A stretch of DNA of 64,000 bases from Eledone cirrhosa (Eukaryota). The notes beneath the pieces were generated by a model, which was not told where the DNA came from, did not search any database, and worked only from the letters and a program-made list of their open reading frames with translations. Shown in pieces: positions 25,034 through 37,243 of this stretch (position 1 is the first letter of the stretch; the number at the start of each line of letters is the position of its first letter). Location of the stretch: assembly GCA_964016885.1 (NCBI GenBank), contig OZ024741.1, positions 161,696,001 to 161,760,000 of the forward strand, read 5' to 3'. A program made the position numbers and the translations under genes.

Positions 25034-25129
25034 GTTCGACAGCCATCCAAAACCTTGGGGCCAGCTGTCTTCTTGGTATACATTTGTAGGATACGAATTA
25101 ATGGGGGAACGGTCACCATGTCGGTAAAC
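25034..25129 (-). CDS. ACP2: Acid phosphatase exon 2 (RHGxRxP catalytic motif)
   Basis: ttctctttcag|VYRHGDRSPINSYPTNVYQEDSWPQGFGWLSN|gtaagt; 96 nt. Confidence 0.97.
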
Positions 25130-25423
25130 CTGAAAGAGAAAAGTGTAACTGATTAGTAAAAGGGAGATATGCTAGCAACTTAACAATAATAACTGTTTCT
25201 ACTTTTGGCACAAGGCCAACAATTATCCCATTGCATTACTGGTACTTTATTTTATCGACCCCGTAAAGATGGAAGGCAAAGTTAACCTCAGCGGGATTTC
25301 AATAATAATAATGGTTTCTGATTTAGGTACAAAGCCAGGAGTTTTGGTGAGATTAAATCAACTCCAGTGCATTACTGGTACTTTATTTTATCGACCCTGT
25401 AAGGATGAAAGGCAAAGATAACA

Positions 25424-28400
25424 GCAGCAGCAGCAGCAGCAGCAGCAACAGCAACAACAACAACAACAACAATGCTTTCTTTATTAACCACAAGGGTTTA
25501 CATAAAGTAGACATTAAGGACAGTACAGGACGGTACAAATGGACATTTCTGCGTGTAAAAAAAACAGAGGATGTAATAAAAATAACAATGAAAAATTCCC
25601 CAATAGGGGGGAGACTTCCGAAGGACATTTGTGGAGAAAGCCCATTAAAGGCCACAGTGACCCTGACCACCAGGGCAAGTGCCCTCTCCCAGTTTTCCAC
25701 CTTTAATTTAAAGACACATACTCAGAGTAGGCCCGTTCACTCGGGCCATACTTGCTTCTCTCACCCATCTTTCAAAAAAATGCTGGGAAGAGAGCACTTC
25801 CCTCTCTACCCTGATTTTCCTTTTCAAATGAAATTTGAAAAAGTTAATCAGGGCATCACCGAAGAGGTAAGTGCTCGTCTTCAGCCCTTTCAAACGTGTC
25901 CACCATACTATCTCTTTCGCCATGGCTACCAGACAGATAAAAACTGCCTGCCCTTCCCGGCTAAAGGAAGAGGGCGGGGCAATCCTCACGATGGACTCAG
26001 CTGATAGCTGGATCCGTCCTACACGTGACAGCAGGTGTTCGACATAAACCCACAAGTCAGCAATGCTCGGACAAGAGGCCTCTGAACAAGTCTGGCATCT
26101 GTATGTAAAGTTCATAGGGCAGACCATCCAAACCAGGCGATTTACCCCTTGTGCGGCCAGTCATTGCCTCCCGTACTTCAGCGGCTGTTATCTGCTTTTC
26201 GCAACACTCCGCCTCAGTGGCTGAGAGCCGTGACAGTCTGTTGAGGTAGACACTAAAGTCCATCCCTCGATCCGGCCCGCCGCTGCCCCCGAACAGTTGT
26301 GCGAAGTGTCGCTGAAAAGCTTCACACATTTGCCTGGGACCGAGTATCATGCACCCGTCGTGGTCCACCAAAGACCGGATCGTGGCTTTGTTGCCACGAG
26401 GCGCCTCTGTCACTCGGGCCCATTGAACGGCTTTCGTCCCCTCGTGTCTGAGAGCACGCACCCTAGCTCTGACAACGCAGCCTTCGTGCTTTGCATTGAA
26501 GAATTGGTCAAGGGCCAATTTCACCGCAAGTACGTCGGTCGCGATGCCTTTGCTAAGCGCCTCGTCTATTTTTCTAACTAGTTCTCCCTCTGCTCTATTT
26601 TTCTCTATTACTAAACCTAATGAACTCTATTCTAATTGCTCTTTTCAGAGCAAACCATCACTTGTTGACGATGGCCCCTGTCAACGCCCGCTTAACTAGT
26701 TCGCTAATCCGGTCTCTGTAGGCCTTGCGCGCTGGTAAGGACGCGTTTAGCTTCCAGTAGCCGGGTCCTCGTCTATGAAGCCTATCTAAGTCAAGCACAC
26801 AGATCACGAATTTGTGGTCCGTGTAGCTGACTATCTTGAATTGTGGACAGCCTATGCTAGACCTATTTCCCTACAAAATACTCTATCTAGATATGATCTG
26901 GATGACCCTATGCGATTTGTCCAAGTCAACATTGGCACATTCGGGAATTCCAATCGGTACCTGTCAGACAGTTCAAAACGTCTGAGCAGGTTGGTGAGGC
27001 TCTTGCACCCTCCTCCCCTATCCGCTGATCCCACACAGTCCCAGCGTGCATCTAAGATCCCGTTCCAGTCGCCCACTAACACTAAAGAGCGGGACGTTCC
27101 AAGAAAGGTCTCCAGACGCCGGAAGAAATCAGGCCGCTCTGCTCCTGTCGGGGCATAGACGGCCACTAGCCTGAAAGCTTGCCCGTCTCCGCTGGTCTCG
27201 TCTAGCACCACCAACTTACCTTCTGGGTCCAGGAAGAGATCCAAACCTCTCCGAAAAAGCACAGCAACTCCTCCCCCCGATCCCGGACGGCTGGGAGATG
27301 CGTACACTTTGTAGCCGCCGAAGATCGGTGCGAAGGCCCGTGCTTCGGAGATTCTGGTCTCGCTGATGGCCACTACATCTATGTTTAGTGACCTGAGGTC
27401 GTTGAGCAGGTGGCCCTGCTTCCATGACAATCCCAAGCCACGCGCATTTATGCTGCCTATTCTGAGTGAGGTCATGTTGAAATGGAGTGGAAAAGATGGG
27501 AAAGACCACTTACCTTACTTCTCGTAGAGCAAGGATGGTTTGTCCATCCTTTTCACTGCTTGTGGCCTCCTCCGGAAGGATGTCCTTATAAATCCTCCTT
27601 GAGAGTGTTTGTCGGAAGTCTCCGATGTCTTTGGGGAATTTTTGTTTTAGTGTCGTGTATGTTTTCTGTGTGATGCGAGTGGTTTGTATGTGTGGAGGTG
27701 GTGTGAACTTTTGGGTTGTTGTGTAGTCTTTTTCTGTGATGCTGGTGTTGTGTTGGATGTAGTGTAATAATTGGTTGTTGTTCAAATTTAATGCTGTGTA
27801 GTGTGTATCGTTTTGGTTGTTTTGTTTTGTTTGCGTTTGTTGTGGGTTTGTTTCTGTTTCGCTTTTTGGTGACTTTTGTGGTGTAGGTGATGGTGGTGTT
27901 GGGGTTAATGATGGTGATGGTGTTGGTGTTTGTGGTGATGGGGTTGGTGATGCTGATGTGGATGGTGGCATATCTGTCCTAACTTTTTTGTTTGATAGTT
28001 TATTTGTTTCCCTCTGTATTTTGTTTTTGGAGGGGGATGGAAGAGAATTTTTTTCTTTTTTGGTTTCTTTTTTGGTTTCTTTTTTTCTTTTTTCCTGATA
28101 CCGTTTCCCACTCCTCGTCGTCACAATCTGTCTCCAGTTGTGATAGGCCGGGGAGTGGAAAATCCTCCACAGGCGTTGGTTTTGGTTGTGGCGTGATGGA
28201 TGGTGTAGGCGCTGGTGCTAGTTCTGGCACGTTGGGTGGTGGTGGTGGTGGTTTTGCTACTGTTGCTGGGGTTATTGCTGTTACAGTTGCTTCTGTTGTT
28301 GCTGCTACAGTTGTTGCTGCCATCTCTGCTGCTGGTGGTGTTGATGGTTGAGTCACTGGGGTGGGTAAGAGAGGTGGCCTCAACCTTTTAGCCTGAGGGC

Positions 28401-29683
28401 AGAAAGCCCTTAGGTGGGTTCCTTCACCACAAACGACACACCTAGGCCTTCTGCCCTCGACGATTACGGTGAGGTGGCTGCCGTCAGTGAGGTCTATTAC
28501 CTCTGGGATCTCCTCAATGCTTTTTTGGTCCGCTTGGATCAGGAGCTCCATCCCTGATCCGGACCAGTTCTCCTGCTTTTCTTTCGCTATTTCGATTATC
28601 TTGGTGTTGGCTTCGATGCCGGCGAGGACGGCAGCTATTAGCCAGGGAATTTCGATGGCCGGTGGAACGTGGGTCACCCTGATCTTCACGAGTCTCTGGC
28701 CACAATAGCTTGGGACGAGTGTGAAGTCACTTCTTAATGGGGCCATGGAGTGTTCTCTAGCCTCCTGTGGTGTTTCAAAGAACACGTCCACGATTCCATA
28801 TTTCTGCCCACGTCTGATGTGGGTTTTTTTTGCCCACACATGTCCCAAAGCTTTTGGGATTTGGGACTCGGGTGCCGTTCCACTCGGCGCAATTTTATAT
28901 TAATTGTTCGATAAGACACGGCGCATAGGCGCCGATGCTCCATTTTATTAGGTGTGGGGGGGGGGAGGCTGACCCTGTACCCATCTTTCTTTACCATTTT
29001 TTTGGCTTCTTCTAATTCCTCCTGAGTTACCTGAAATGCTTCGCACTGTTTTGCTACTCTGGCAAAACTCAGGGTGGTTTTCTTAATGTCATTGTTGCTG
29101 TTGTTGTTATTGTTATTTTTGTTATTATTAATTTTAGTTTCAGTTGTGGTGGTGGTGGCGTCAGTGGTGTTCGGTGTGGAAGAGTTCATTTTGGTTGAAT
29201 TCATTTCGATATCACGAGTTAATTTATTTTTTCTTTTGTTTCTGTTGTCGCGGTGGGGGTGGGGGTTGTCATGGTGGTGGTGGTGGTGGTGGCGGCTTTA
29301 GCACCTGCAGTCATTGGTAATGGCGGGAAATGAATGTCTGCCTGAGACAAATTTAAAATATTGCTACTGCTTATATTTTTTTTAGTGTTGGCAAACGTAG
29401 TAATATTTACAATGGTGGTCTCGGTGTGAGGTGTTAGTTTGTGAGAAAGGAGTGACTCTGAGTCAGCCATGATGTTTCAAAGAAAAATTTTTGTTTGATA
29501 ATTATAAAAGTTTAAATTTGGGCTCAAGGCCCCAATCTTTTTGGGTGTCCTTTTCAGATAACAATGTATGTGCACTTATATACAGTTAACAATAAAAATT
29601 TTCCATGAATGGCAATTTTAAACAACTGAAAATAACAAACCTTTGCAGAGCTCACGATGATACGGTTTACTACGTAGGTCGCC
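25424..29683 (-). mobile_element. Tx1-clade non-LTR retrotransposon with an apparently intact 5' end and an internal RT deletion (decayed)
   Basis: ORF1 is in frameshifted pieces (29470-27510) with an RRM-like region and a zinc knuckle CVVCGEGTHLRAFC. ORF2 from 27475 has APE motifs SINARGL, ISET, VYAP, GDWN, YLDR, TDHK, then GPGYWKLN and GKSPGLDGLPYELY, and jumps to the C-terminal CPSIADLW...WWTR region. The 3' end is AATAAA followed by (TTG)n/(CTG)n. The 5' boundary is approximate. Confidence 0.9.

Positions 29684-29727
<44 letters not shown>
29684..29727 (+). repeat. (AAT)n microsatellite between the Tx1 and R4/Dong elements
   Basis: ~15 perfect AAT units. Confidence 0.95.
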
Positions 29728-29728
<1 letters not shown>

Positions 29729-30342
29729 TCTATCCTTGGACAATTACAAACAGGAAATATAACTAACACCAACAAGATTATCAGGACTTCAGCAAAGGTT
29801 GTCATGGAGAGAGTTGGATACAAAAGAAGAGAACAAATAAAACAGAAAGAACCATATTGGCACAGACATATTTGTGAGAAACAAAGCTGAAAAAGGATTT
29901 GGTACAAGATGATAGATTAAAAAGGTGAATTGCAGAATGAAACCACAAAAATAAGGCTGGAAAGAACACACAGAATAAAAGATGGATGCCCCTTTGACTC
30001 CCGGATAGTTAAAAAGGAAGGTGAGAAAGTAGACGTGTACAATCCTCTTACATATGAGATAGCCAGACTATGGAAGATGAAATAGGTGGAGATAGTGCTG
30101 GTTGTTGTTAGGGTCTTGGGGACAGTATCAAATGATATTGAGAGGAAAATAAAGAAAATGTGAATACAGTGTAGAGCTATTGCAAGAGGTTTGCCTCTTT
30201 GGCACAGCCAGGATTATCAGGAAAGTATTAGATAGTTGAAGAGAACAAATAGCATGGTGCCATAGGCTACAGGTAGCAAGCCAGTTACTCATGCAAAAAT
30301 CCAGGAGTTCCAACAAAACTTGAGATAGAAGGATAAATAATA
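29728..30342 (+). mobile_element. R4/Dong-clade (RLE-type) LINE remnant, internally deleted
   Basis: The 3' part translates, with stops, to CPFDSRIVKKEGEKVDVYNPLTYEIARLWKM..VVVRVLGTV...ELLQEVCLFGTARIIRKVL, the R4/Dong RLE C-terminus. The 5' part resembles the N-terminal region. AAT repeats flank both ends. Confidence 0.78.
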
Positions 30343-30799
30343 ATTGTTTCTACTTTTGGCACAAGGCCAGTAATTATTCTAGTACATTACTGGTACTTTA
30401 TTTAATTGACCCTGTAAGGATGAAAGGCAAAGTTAACCTTGGCGGGATATGACAATTGTATTTACGTTGACTTTTCCATGCCAGCATGGGTTGGATGAGA
30501 CTTTTTGAAGCAATGTTTTTCAGGTGGTGACCTTGACACAAAACTTTTTAGTTGCTTTTTATGACATGTAGGGATACAGTGTGCCTATTCTAACCTGGAT
30601 ACACATGGTATATAACAACAACAACAACAATAATAACTTTTAACTTAGTCAAATGGCCACGAATTTTGAGTAGGGGTACAGTCGTTCAGTTGAACCCCAG
30701 TAAACTTAACAAAAGACAGAAAAAAATATGTGACTGATAAGCAAAACACTTACTCATATCAGAGCATACTGTCTGATTAGATTTCTACTGTAACAGATA

Positions 30800-31300
30800 T
30801 CATCAAATCATCAGCAACAATACCAACATCAACAACTTCATCACCAATATTATTACTATCATCATCATCATCATCATCAGCTACATCACCAAAAATATCA
30901 ACATCATCACCAACGACACAAATAATATGATCAACTACATTATCAACATCACCACCAACAAAATCATCATCAACAACATCACCATCATCAACATCAACAA
31001 CATTAATAACAACAGCATCATCATCCTCATCATCAACAACTACATCACAAACTTCACCACCATCAACAATAACATCACTATCATCATCATCATCATCATC
31101 ATCATCACCAGCAACACCAACATCAACAACTCCACCATCAATATCACAAGCACCATCATCACCAACATCATCAGCAGCAACACCACCAACGTCAACAACT
31201 ACATCACCAACATCAACATCATCACCAACACCATCATCACCACCAGCAGTAACATCATCACCAACGTCAACATCATCAACTACTATAACACCAACAGCAA
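30800..31300 (+). repeat. Degenerate (CAT/CAA/CAC)n trinucleotide low-complexity tract
   Basis: Mixed CAN triplets; the D/V/G-rich and I/N/T-rich ORFs are compositional artefacts. Confidence 0.85.
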
Positions 31301-31594
31301 TCCAAAGATGTGCCCTGTTATAACAGCAATACAACAACGAGGTTAGAACTATGTTGCTTTATTTTATCAGATCACAGAATGATGAAAAGCCAAAACCTCT
31401 ATTAATCACAAATAAACATGATTTCTATGTATGTATGTATGGTATGGTCCTGGAACTCCCTGATAGAGTGGTAGGGGCGGCACATTGACATATGGTGTTT
31501 CTTGGGCATGTTAAGCTTGGCAGAGCTCATCCCTCTCCAGGCTGAGTACAGCAGATTTCTTTCAGAGAAAGATAGAAAATGAAAGAGAGGAAAT

Positions 31595-31763
31595 GAGAAA
31601 GAATCGACCCCAGTACTAGACTGGTACTTTTTTTTTATCGACCGCGAAAGAATGAAAGGCAAAGTTGACCTCAGTGGGATTTGAACTCAGAGGGCAGAAA
31701 GCCGGAACAAATACCATAAAGCATTCTATCCGATGTTCTAACGACTCTGCCAATTCTCCGGCT
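31595..31763 (-). mobile_element. tRNA-derived SINE (Deu/Nin-like core)
   Basis: Reverse copy of the A-box/B-box head plus the TTTGCCTTTCAT...GGTCGATAAAA..GTACCAG core. Confidence 0.8.
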
Positions 31764-32469
31764 AAACATGATTTAACTAAGCTAAAAAAAGAGGGTGGTA
31801 GTAAATACATTTGAAAAAAAATTCAATACAAAAAATAAACAAAAATCAAAAAACTATATGCCTGCAACTGCTGTTATAACAAAACAGGACAGATATATTT
31901 GATCAATATCATAGTTAGAAATTCGTAACCTACTATGACCTTTCTATATCATCATATTATAATCTAAAACACACTAAACTACTCAGACTGGAAGATCTAC
32001 TTAGGGAAATTAGCATAATTTAGAGAGGAAAACCTTGTTATCACTGACAACAATGAAATAGCAAACACTTCAGCTGTCCAAATACAGTGGAAACGTGGGC
32101 TACAATCTATATCATAATTACTGTACAACTTGTTTTTTCCATGTCACACAGACAATATGATCTGTCAAAAACAGCTGGAAATGTGAAATAAATTTTTTTA
32201 TACAATCAATTATACCATAAATAAATCATGTCAACTATATTTTACAAAAATAAGTTATACAGTAATGGAAATATGAAAAAAAAAATGAAAATAAAAACAA
32301 AATTAAGTAATGAAAAGAGGGTGAAAGGGGTAAAGAAGGGTAGATCTGGCTGTATAGGAAAGGACTATAAATGACATTAATGAGAAGAAAAGGAAGGAAA
32401 AAGCAAGGACTATTAGGTCATGGGGAAAAAAGGAGGAGGAAGGGGAGAGAGTGATAGGCTTTATGCCTA

Positions 32470-33230
32470 AAGCAGGGCAGTGCCTCGCGGACAAAACTGC
32501 AAAGGCATTTCTCTGAACAATGGTCAGCAACACCTGCTGCAACAACCACCCCACCTCACCTCACAGAGCTCCTTCCTCAGACCGGCTGCTGAAATTCCGT
32601 TTTTACGGAGAAGCTTGGTAGTAAGGGGTCGGAGGATGCCTGAGATCTCAATGGCGATCAGTGCAAAGAGGAAGTGACTGAACAAGCTCCAGTATTTGCT
32701 TTTCTTCCTCTCCTCTGCAGTACTGAGGTTTGTGTCCAAAGCGACTAAGTTGGAGGCAGAGAACGTGTCACAGCATGTGGGGTCCTAGATGAGGGATTTA
32801 CTTCCTTCAAATGAGAAGAGGGTGATTCTATTAGAGTGCTTGCCATCTCTGCGGTTGAGGCCTTCTAACTCCAGTTGTGATGGGAAGGAAGCCAGCTGGT
32901 CCAGGCTCCTTCTCAATATGTCATTGAGAGAGGCATGACAGGGGAACCGGCCTACGCTTTGGTGGCATGACAGTGGGTGCAGGATAAAGTTGTCAACGAT
33001 AGCCCCACAATGGCATTTGGGTGGCTCACACATATGGAGGCCAAGGTATTGGGCCACTCTAATGTAAGTGCACTTGTCATCAAGAAGGGTACTGGTTGAT
33101 GAGGAGGGCATCGCATTGAGCCACGCATTGCTGTTTGGTTGCGAAGCGGATCGGAGGCATACATAAATTTTTAAAGTTTGGTGAAGAAACCAGAACTGTG
33201 ATCTCTTAGTGAACTGGAGCAATTCCTTGA
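32470..33230 (-). mobile_element. CRE-clade LINE 3' fragment (zinc finger plus restriction-like endonuclease)
   Basis: AWLNAMP...CHCGAIVD..LHPLSC..GRFPCHASLNDILRR...LE.EGLNRRDGK...D.TC.DT...AEERK.SKY...A.E.SG.L...LLQQV.L.IVQRNAFAVL; stops and frameshifts present. Confidence 0.82.
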
Positions 33231-34571
33231 CCTTCGAGCTACGTGCTCTATCAAGTAACGTTACTCCAAAGCCTCTTCAGTTATGAACATCCCATATATT
33301 CTCTAGGCATACAACACCCGTGGCCACATTATCTCCTTCCTTTCTAAGACAGTGGCTAGAGTGTAATTTGTAGTAAAGTTGACTGCTATTTCAAGTAAGT
33401 TGTGTGACCACAAGGAGGACCTCTTTCTGGCCGTTTGTATTTGTAGAGATAAACAAAACTCCATAAATAGCTAATGTAGTTCTAGATACATTATCTATCC
33501 TTCCTGTTCTAAGATAGTTGGATGTGATATAAGTGAGATTTGGCTGCTATTTCTAGCAGTTAAAGTGACCACCTAGCAGCTCTGTAGATGCCTTGGGTGT
33601 GTAGTTGATTAAAGGTGTAGCAAATGCAATGTTTTATTTTTATTAATGTCAGTAGTGTAATCCTTTCATGGTTATATTTCTAATGAAATGCACTCTATTC
33701 CAGTTAATGAAGAATTTACTAAAATTATTATTTATAATGTCCATTTTCCCTGCTAGCAAGGGTCGATACTCAAGCAGGACTACTGACCTCTCAGATAGGT
33801 CAGGGTCCCGTACCTCACATACATATGATCTTGGGCTCTACTGATTGCATTTATCATGACACCATTGATCTTATATAAAACTATATTGGAAGATTTTAAT
33901 ATAAATAAAAACCCTTTAAAATGGGTTGTTTTGTTTCATAGAACCAGAATGGTTTTGGTCAGGTTGGCAAGCCCTTTGGCAGGATTTGGTGCATAGATGT
34001 GGGGTGGGAGGCTCCAGAACAATCAATGGGAACCCTTTCACAAGGCAACACATTTTTTATAAACTCCATTTTTTTAATTTTAGGGTGAACCATTGAAAAG
34101 TAGGGTTGAGTTGGTACCAAAAGGTTAATTTAAGTGAGAATTAATTGCTATTTCTACCAATTCGAATGACTACCTAGATGCTTCCATTTTGTCATGATGA
34201 AAATACATTAGTTTATATTCACGTGGCCAGTTTGTCTACATAGTGATGAATCTATACTTGATATAAAACAAAATATGCTGTCTCATTTTAACGAATTTTG
34301 ATTGCCATTATTTATTTTTACTTTACAATGAGGGAGGAAAAAATAGACAAATTCCTACAATCTTCGATATTTTAACTAAAGAAAAAAACTTTATTCAACA
34401 AACATATTGTGTGTATTAAAAAGAAAAAAGGGGTGAAAACCCACACTCAATCACACTCCACAATATGGGGTGCTGGAATTTCCCTCTAATAATTTTTCAG
34501 GCAAGCCAACATACAGCATTGTTGGGGTGAAACTGAGTCTAAGTCACTGGAATAGTCAAACATCCTCGTGG

Positions 34572-34721
34572 GCATCACTTGATATGTTGGTAAAGCAAGG
34601 TGACAGTGAAGCTAAGACACTGTAATAGGCACCCTTGTGAGCATCACTTGATATGTTGGTAAAGCAAGGTGACAGTGAAGCTAAGACACTGTAATAGGCA
34701 CCCTTGTGAGCATCACTTGAT
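34572..34721 (+). repeat. 69-bp perfect tandem duplication (~2.2 copies)
   Basis: GCATCACTTGATATGTTGG...CCCTTGTGA repeats at 34572 and 34641, with a partial copy at 34710. Confidence 0.92.
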
Positions 34722-35323
34722 AAATCAGTATTATGATCTGCCAACAATTAAGTGAAAGTAAAACCAGATAGAACTGACAGGAAAGAGGCGAATGTGATGT
34801 AATGATATTATGTAAGAAAGTAATGTAATAAAAGGGAAAAGCAAAGGAGTCGATTATCAGATTGGACCAAGAAAACAATGGTTCCATTGGTCATTCTATT
34901 GTTAAGACTGACAATCGTAGATTGCATATATACAGGGCCAGATTTAACAGGGGGTGGGGGTGGGGCAAATGATCTGAGCTCCCCTCATCAAACAGGGCCC
35001 TCACTTCAAACAGAGCTCCTGTTACCTTTTAAGAATGCAGCCCTGATCATAAACATAACTTTATCTTTTAGAGAGTGTTTTTGAAAAAGTAATTGATGTT
35101 GCTTTTGTGCCAATTTATCAAAATTTCTTTACTTTAGCGGCACCAATTGGCAAAGGTAGGGGCAGCTGCTGTATATGGTGCATATTATGCATGTGTATGA
35201 GTGTATATACAGATTATCAATGATAGTGCTTGATATGTATATATATTTATGTCTGTATCTGTGGTTATATTCTTGTGTGTACACAATAGCCATTCCTTTG
35301 CTACCTCCATTATTTGATCTCAT

Positions 35324-35507
35324 GGCGGTGGATTGGCAGTATCGGTAGAGGGTCGGACGCCATGCTTTCCAGCATAGTTACGTCCCTTTACGATCTGAGT
35401 TTAAATCCCGCTGAGGTTGACTTTGCCTTTCATCCTTACGGGGTCGATAAAATAAAGTACCAGTAATGCACTGGGTATTTGCTGGCCTTGTGCCTAAAGT
35501 AGAAACA
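35324..35507 (+). mobile_element. tRNA-derived SINE (Deu/Nin-like core) with a 15-bp TSD
   Basis: A-box TGGCAGTATCGG, B-box GAGTTTAAATCC and core GTTGACTTTGCCTTTCATCCTTACGGGGTCGATAAAATAAAGTACCAG. TSD ATTATTTGATCTCAT at 35309-35323 and 35508-35522. Confidence 0.9.
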
Positions 35508-35624
35508 ATTATTTGATCTCATGACCTGATAGTGGACTGATGTATTTGAAGGAATTCAAATCTTTTCTTCTCTATTCAGTCTCTCCCACTTCCTGTTTAT
35601 GTGTGTGTGTATATATACATCTAA

Positions 35625-35839
35625 TCTAAAGTCTCTCTCAAGCCCGGAGGCTAATCAGGCTGATGCCTATCTCGGTTTCCATGGTGTTAAGCGACTGAGA
35701 GTACAATACTCCCCCTGGACAGGACGCCAGACCATCGCAGGGTTAAACCTCCAGTCCACGGGCAAGTCGTATATGTTCAGTCGCTTCACGCCATGAAGCA
35801 CTGGCCAAATGAGCCTTCTGGCTTAAGACAGACTTTAGA
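35625..35839. repeat. Inverted pair of SINE-tail-like sequences (imperfect hairpin)
   Basis: TCTAAAGTCTCTCTCAAGCCCGGAGGCT...AAGCGACTGA is mirrored by TCAGTCGCTT...AGCCTTCTGGCTTAAGACAGACTTTAGA. Confidence 0.8.
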
Positions 35840-36030
35840 CTGTTTATATAGATATAGATATATTTCGTCTATCATCTATTGTGTGTGTGTGTGTATATAT
35901 ATATATATAGTGAAAAGATAACAAGGACGATTGGTTACTCCGTCATTACATTTATTGGTTCACACTGAAGTGAACCTAAACATCGAGTGCTCCCCGGGTG
36001 AACCTACAGTAACTCCAAGTTACACTCCCT

Positions 36031-36087
<57 letters not shown>

Positions 36088-36251
36088 CAATGATATTAAT
36101 AAATGGAAACTATCTTTATAAAACCATATTTATTTTATTATATACATTTCAAGGGTACCAAAATTTTGGTATTCATTGATATTATAATCCAGAAGAAATC
36201 TTGTAGAGTGCTTTGAATCTGTTATAATTAAATTTGTTAAATAACTCTTTG

Positions 36252-36294
<43 letters not shown>

Positions 36295-37046
36295 TCATCA
36301 TCATCATCATCATCATCGTTTAACGTTTATCTTCCACGATAGCATGGGTTTAGACGGGAATTGTCCCACGTGAGGCAAGATTGGTTGTCTTTCTCGCATA
36401 TATACACACACACACACATGTGTGTGTGTGTGTGTGTGTACATATACATGTGCGTTTGCTTAAAAGAGATCCATAGTCAATGACACTGAACTGGAGACCC
36501 ACTTGGTTGAGGCGAATGATGCATGTTTACAAACACAATCCAGCAACAATGTGAGAATTCGATTTTGATCATGCAAAAAGTATGATCAAAATCAATAGTT
36601 TTTGAGACTATATAACTAGCGTCTTAAAACTTTAAAACACTTTCAAAAGAGCAAGTCCTAGATATAGAAAATAAATAGAGACAGGATTGCTAAGGGCGGA
36701 TTGTATTTGATCGTAGGTCTCTGCTTATATATCATATGTATCTGTACAATCCAATCGAGAAGGAGAGAGTAGAAATTAGTTTATGGGAATTATAAGCCAG
36801 TAGCAGGGAGGGCAGGTTGCCCTGTGTATGACGTATGGGTTGATTATGATTTTGTCCTGTAAAACAATTGTAAACAAATAAACACTTTTTCAAGAATTTT
36901 GGTTGTATTTTCTCCTACTATAATTTTGATACACGAACTGTCAGGATCTAGCTCAGCCGTCGGGGTCCTGAATGTTTTCTCTACTACTCCAAGTATCGAG
37001 TACTCTGGTGAGTAATGGTCTAACTGTTTTTTACCGCACCCAATCT

Positions 37047-37090
<44 letters not shown>

Positions 37091-37243
37091 TCTGTAGTGG
37101 TTTCCAGTGACTGAGGAAATTGGATTGTCCGTTTTTCCGCTATTTTTTCTATTGTCTAACCTGTGACCTCCTCTGTTATGGATATTTATATATATTACAC
37201 ACACACATACTCGCATGTCTTATATGAAATGAATATAGAAAAT

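Noticed and set aside
25405-26004. 199-aa plus-strand ORF
   Set aside because: It is the antisense frame of the Tx1 3' end plus microsatellite, with no recognisable domain.
25416-29563. AGATAACA as an 8-bp TSD for the Tx1 element
   Set aside because: It is a short AT-rich match, and element-like sequence appears to continue to the (AAT)n tract at 29684.
30754-30787. Possible 34-nt poison exon in phosphatase intron 1 (ttacag|TAG...TGA|gtaagt)
   Set aside because: The acceptor lacks a polypyrimidine tract, and a lone GTAAGT is expected by chance in 12 kb. RNA evidence would be needed.
30777-31346. Asp/Val/Gly-rich 186-aa ORF as an acidic biomineralisation-type protein
   Set aside because: It is a degenerate CAN trinucleotide tract open on both strands, with no signal peptide or convincing splice context.
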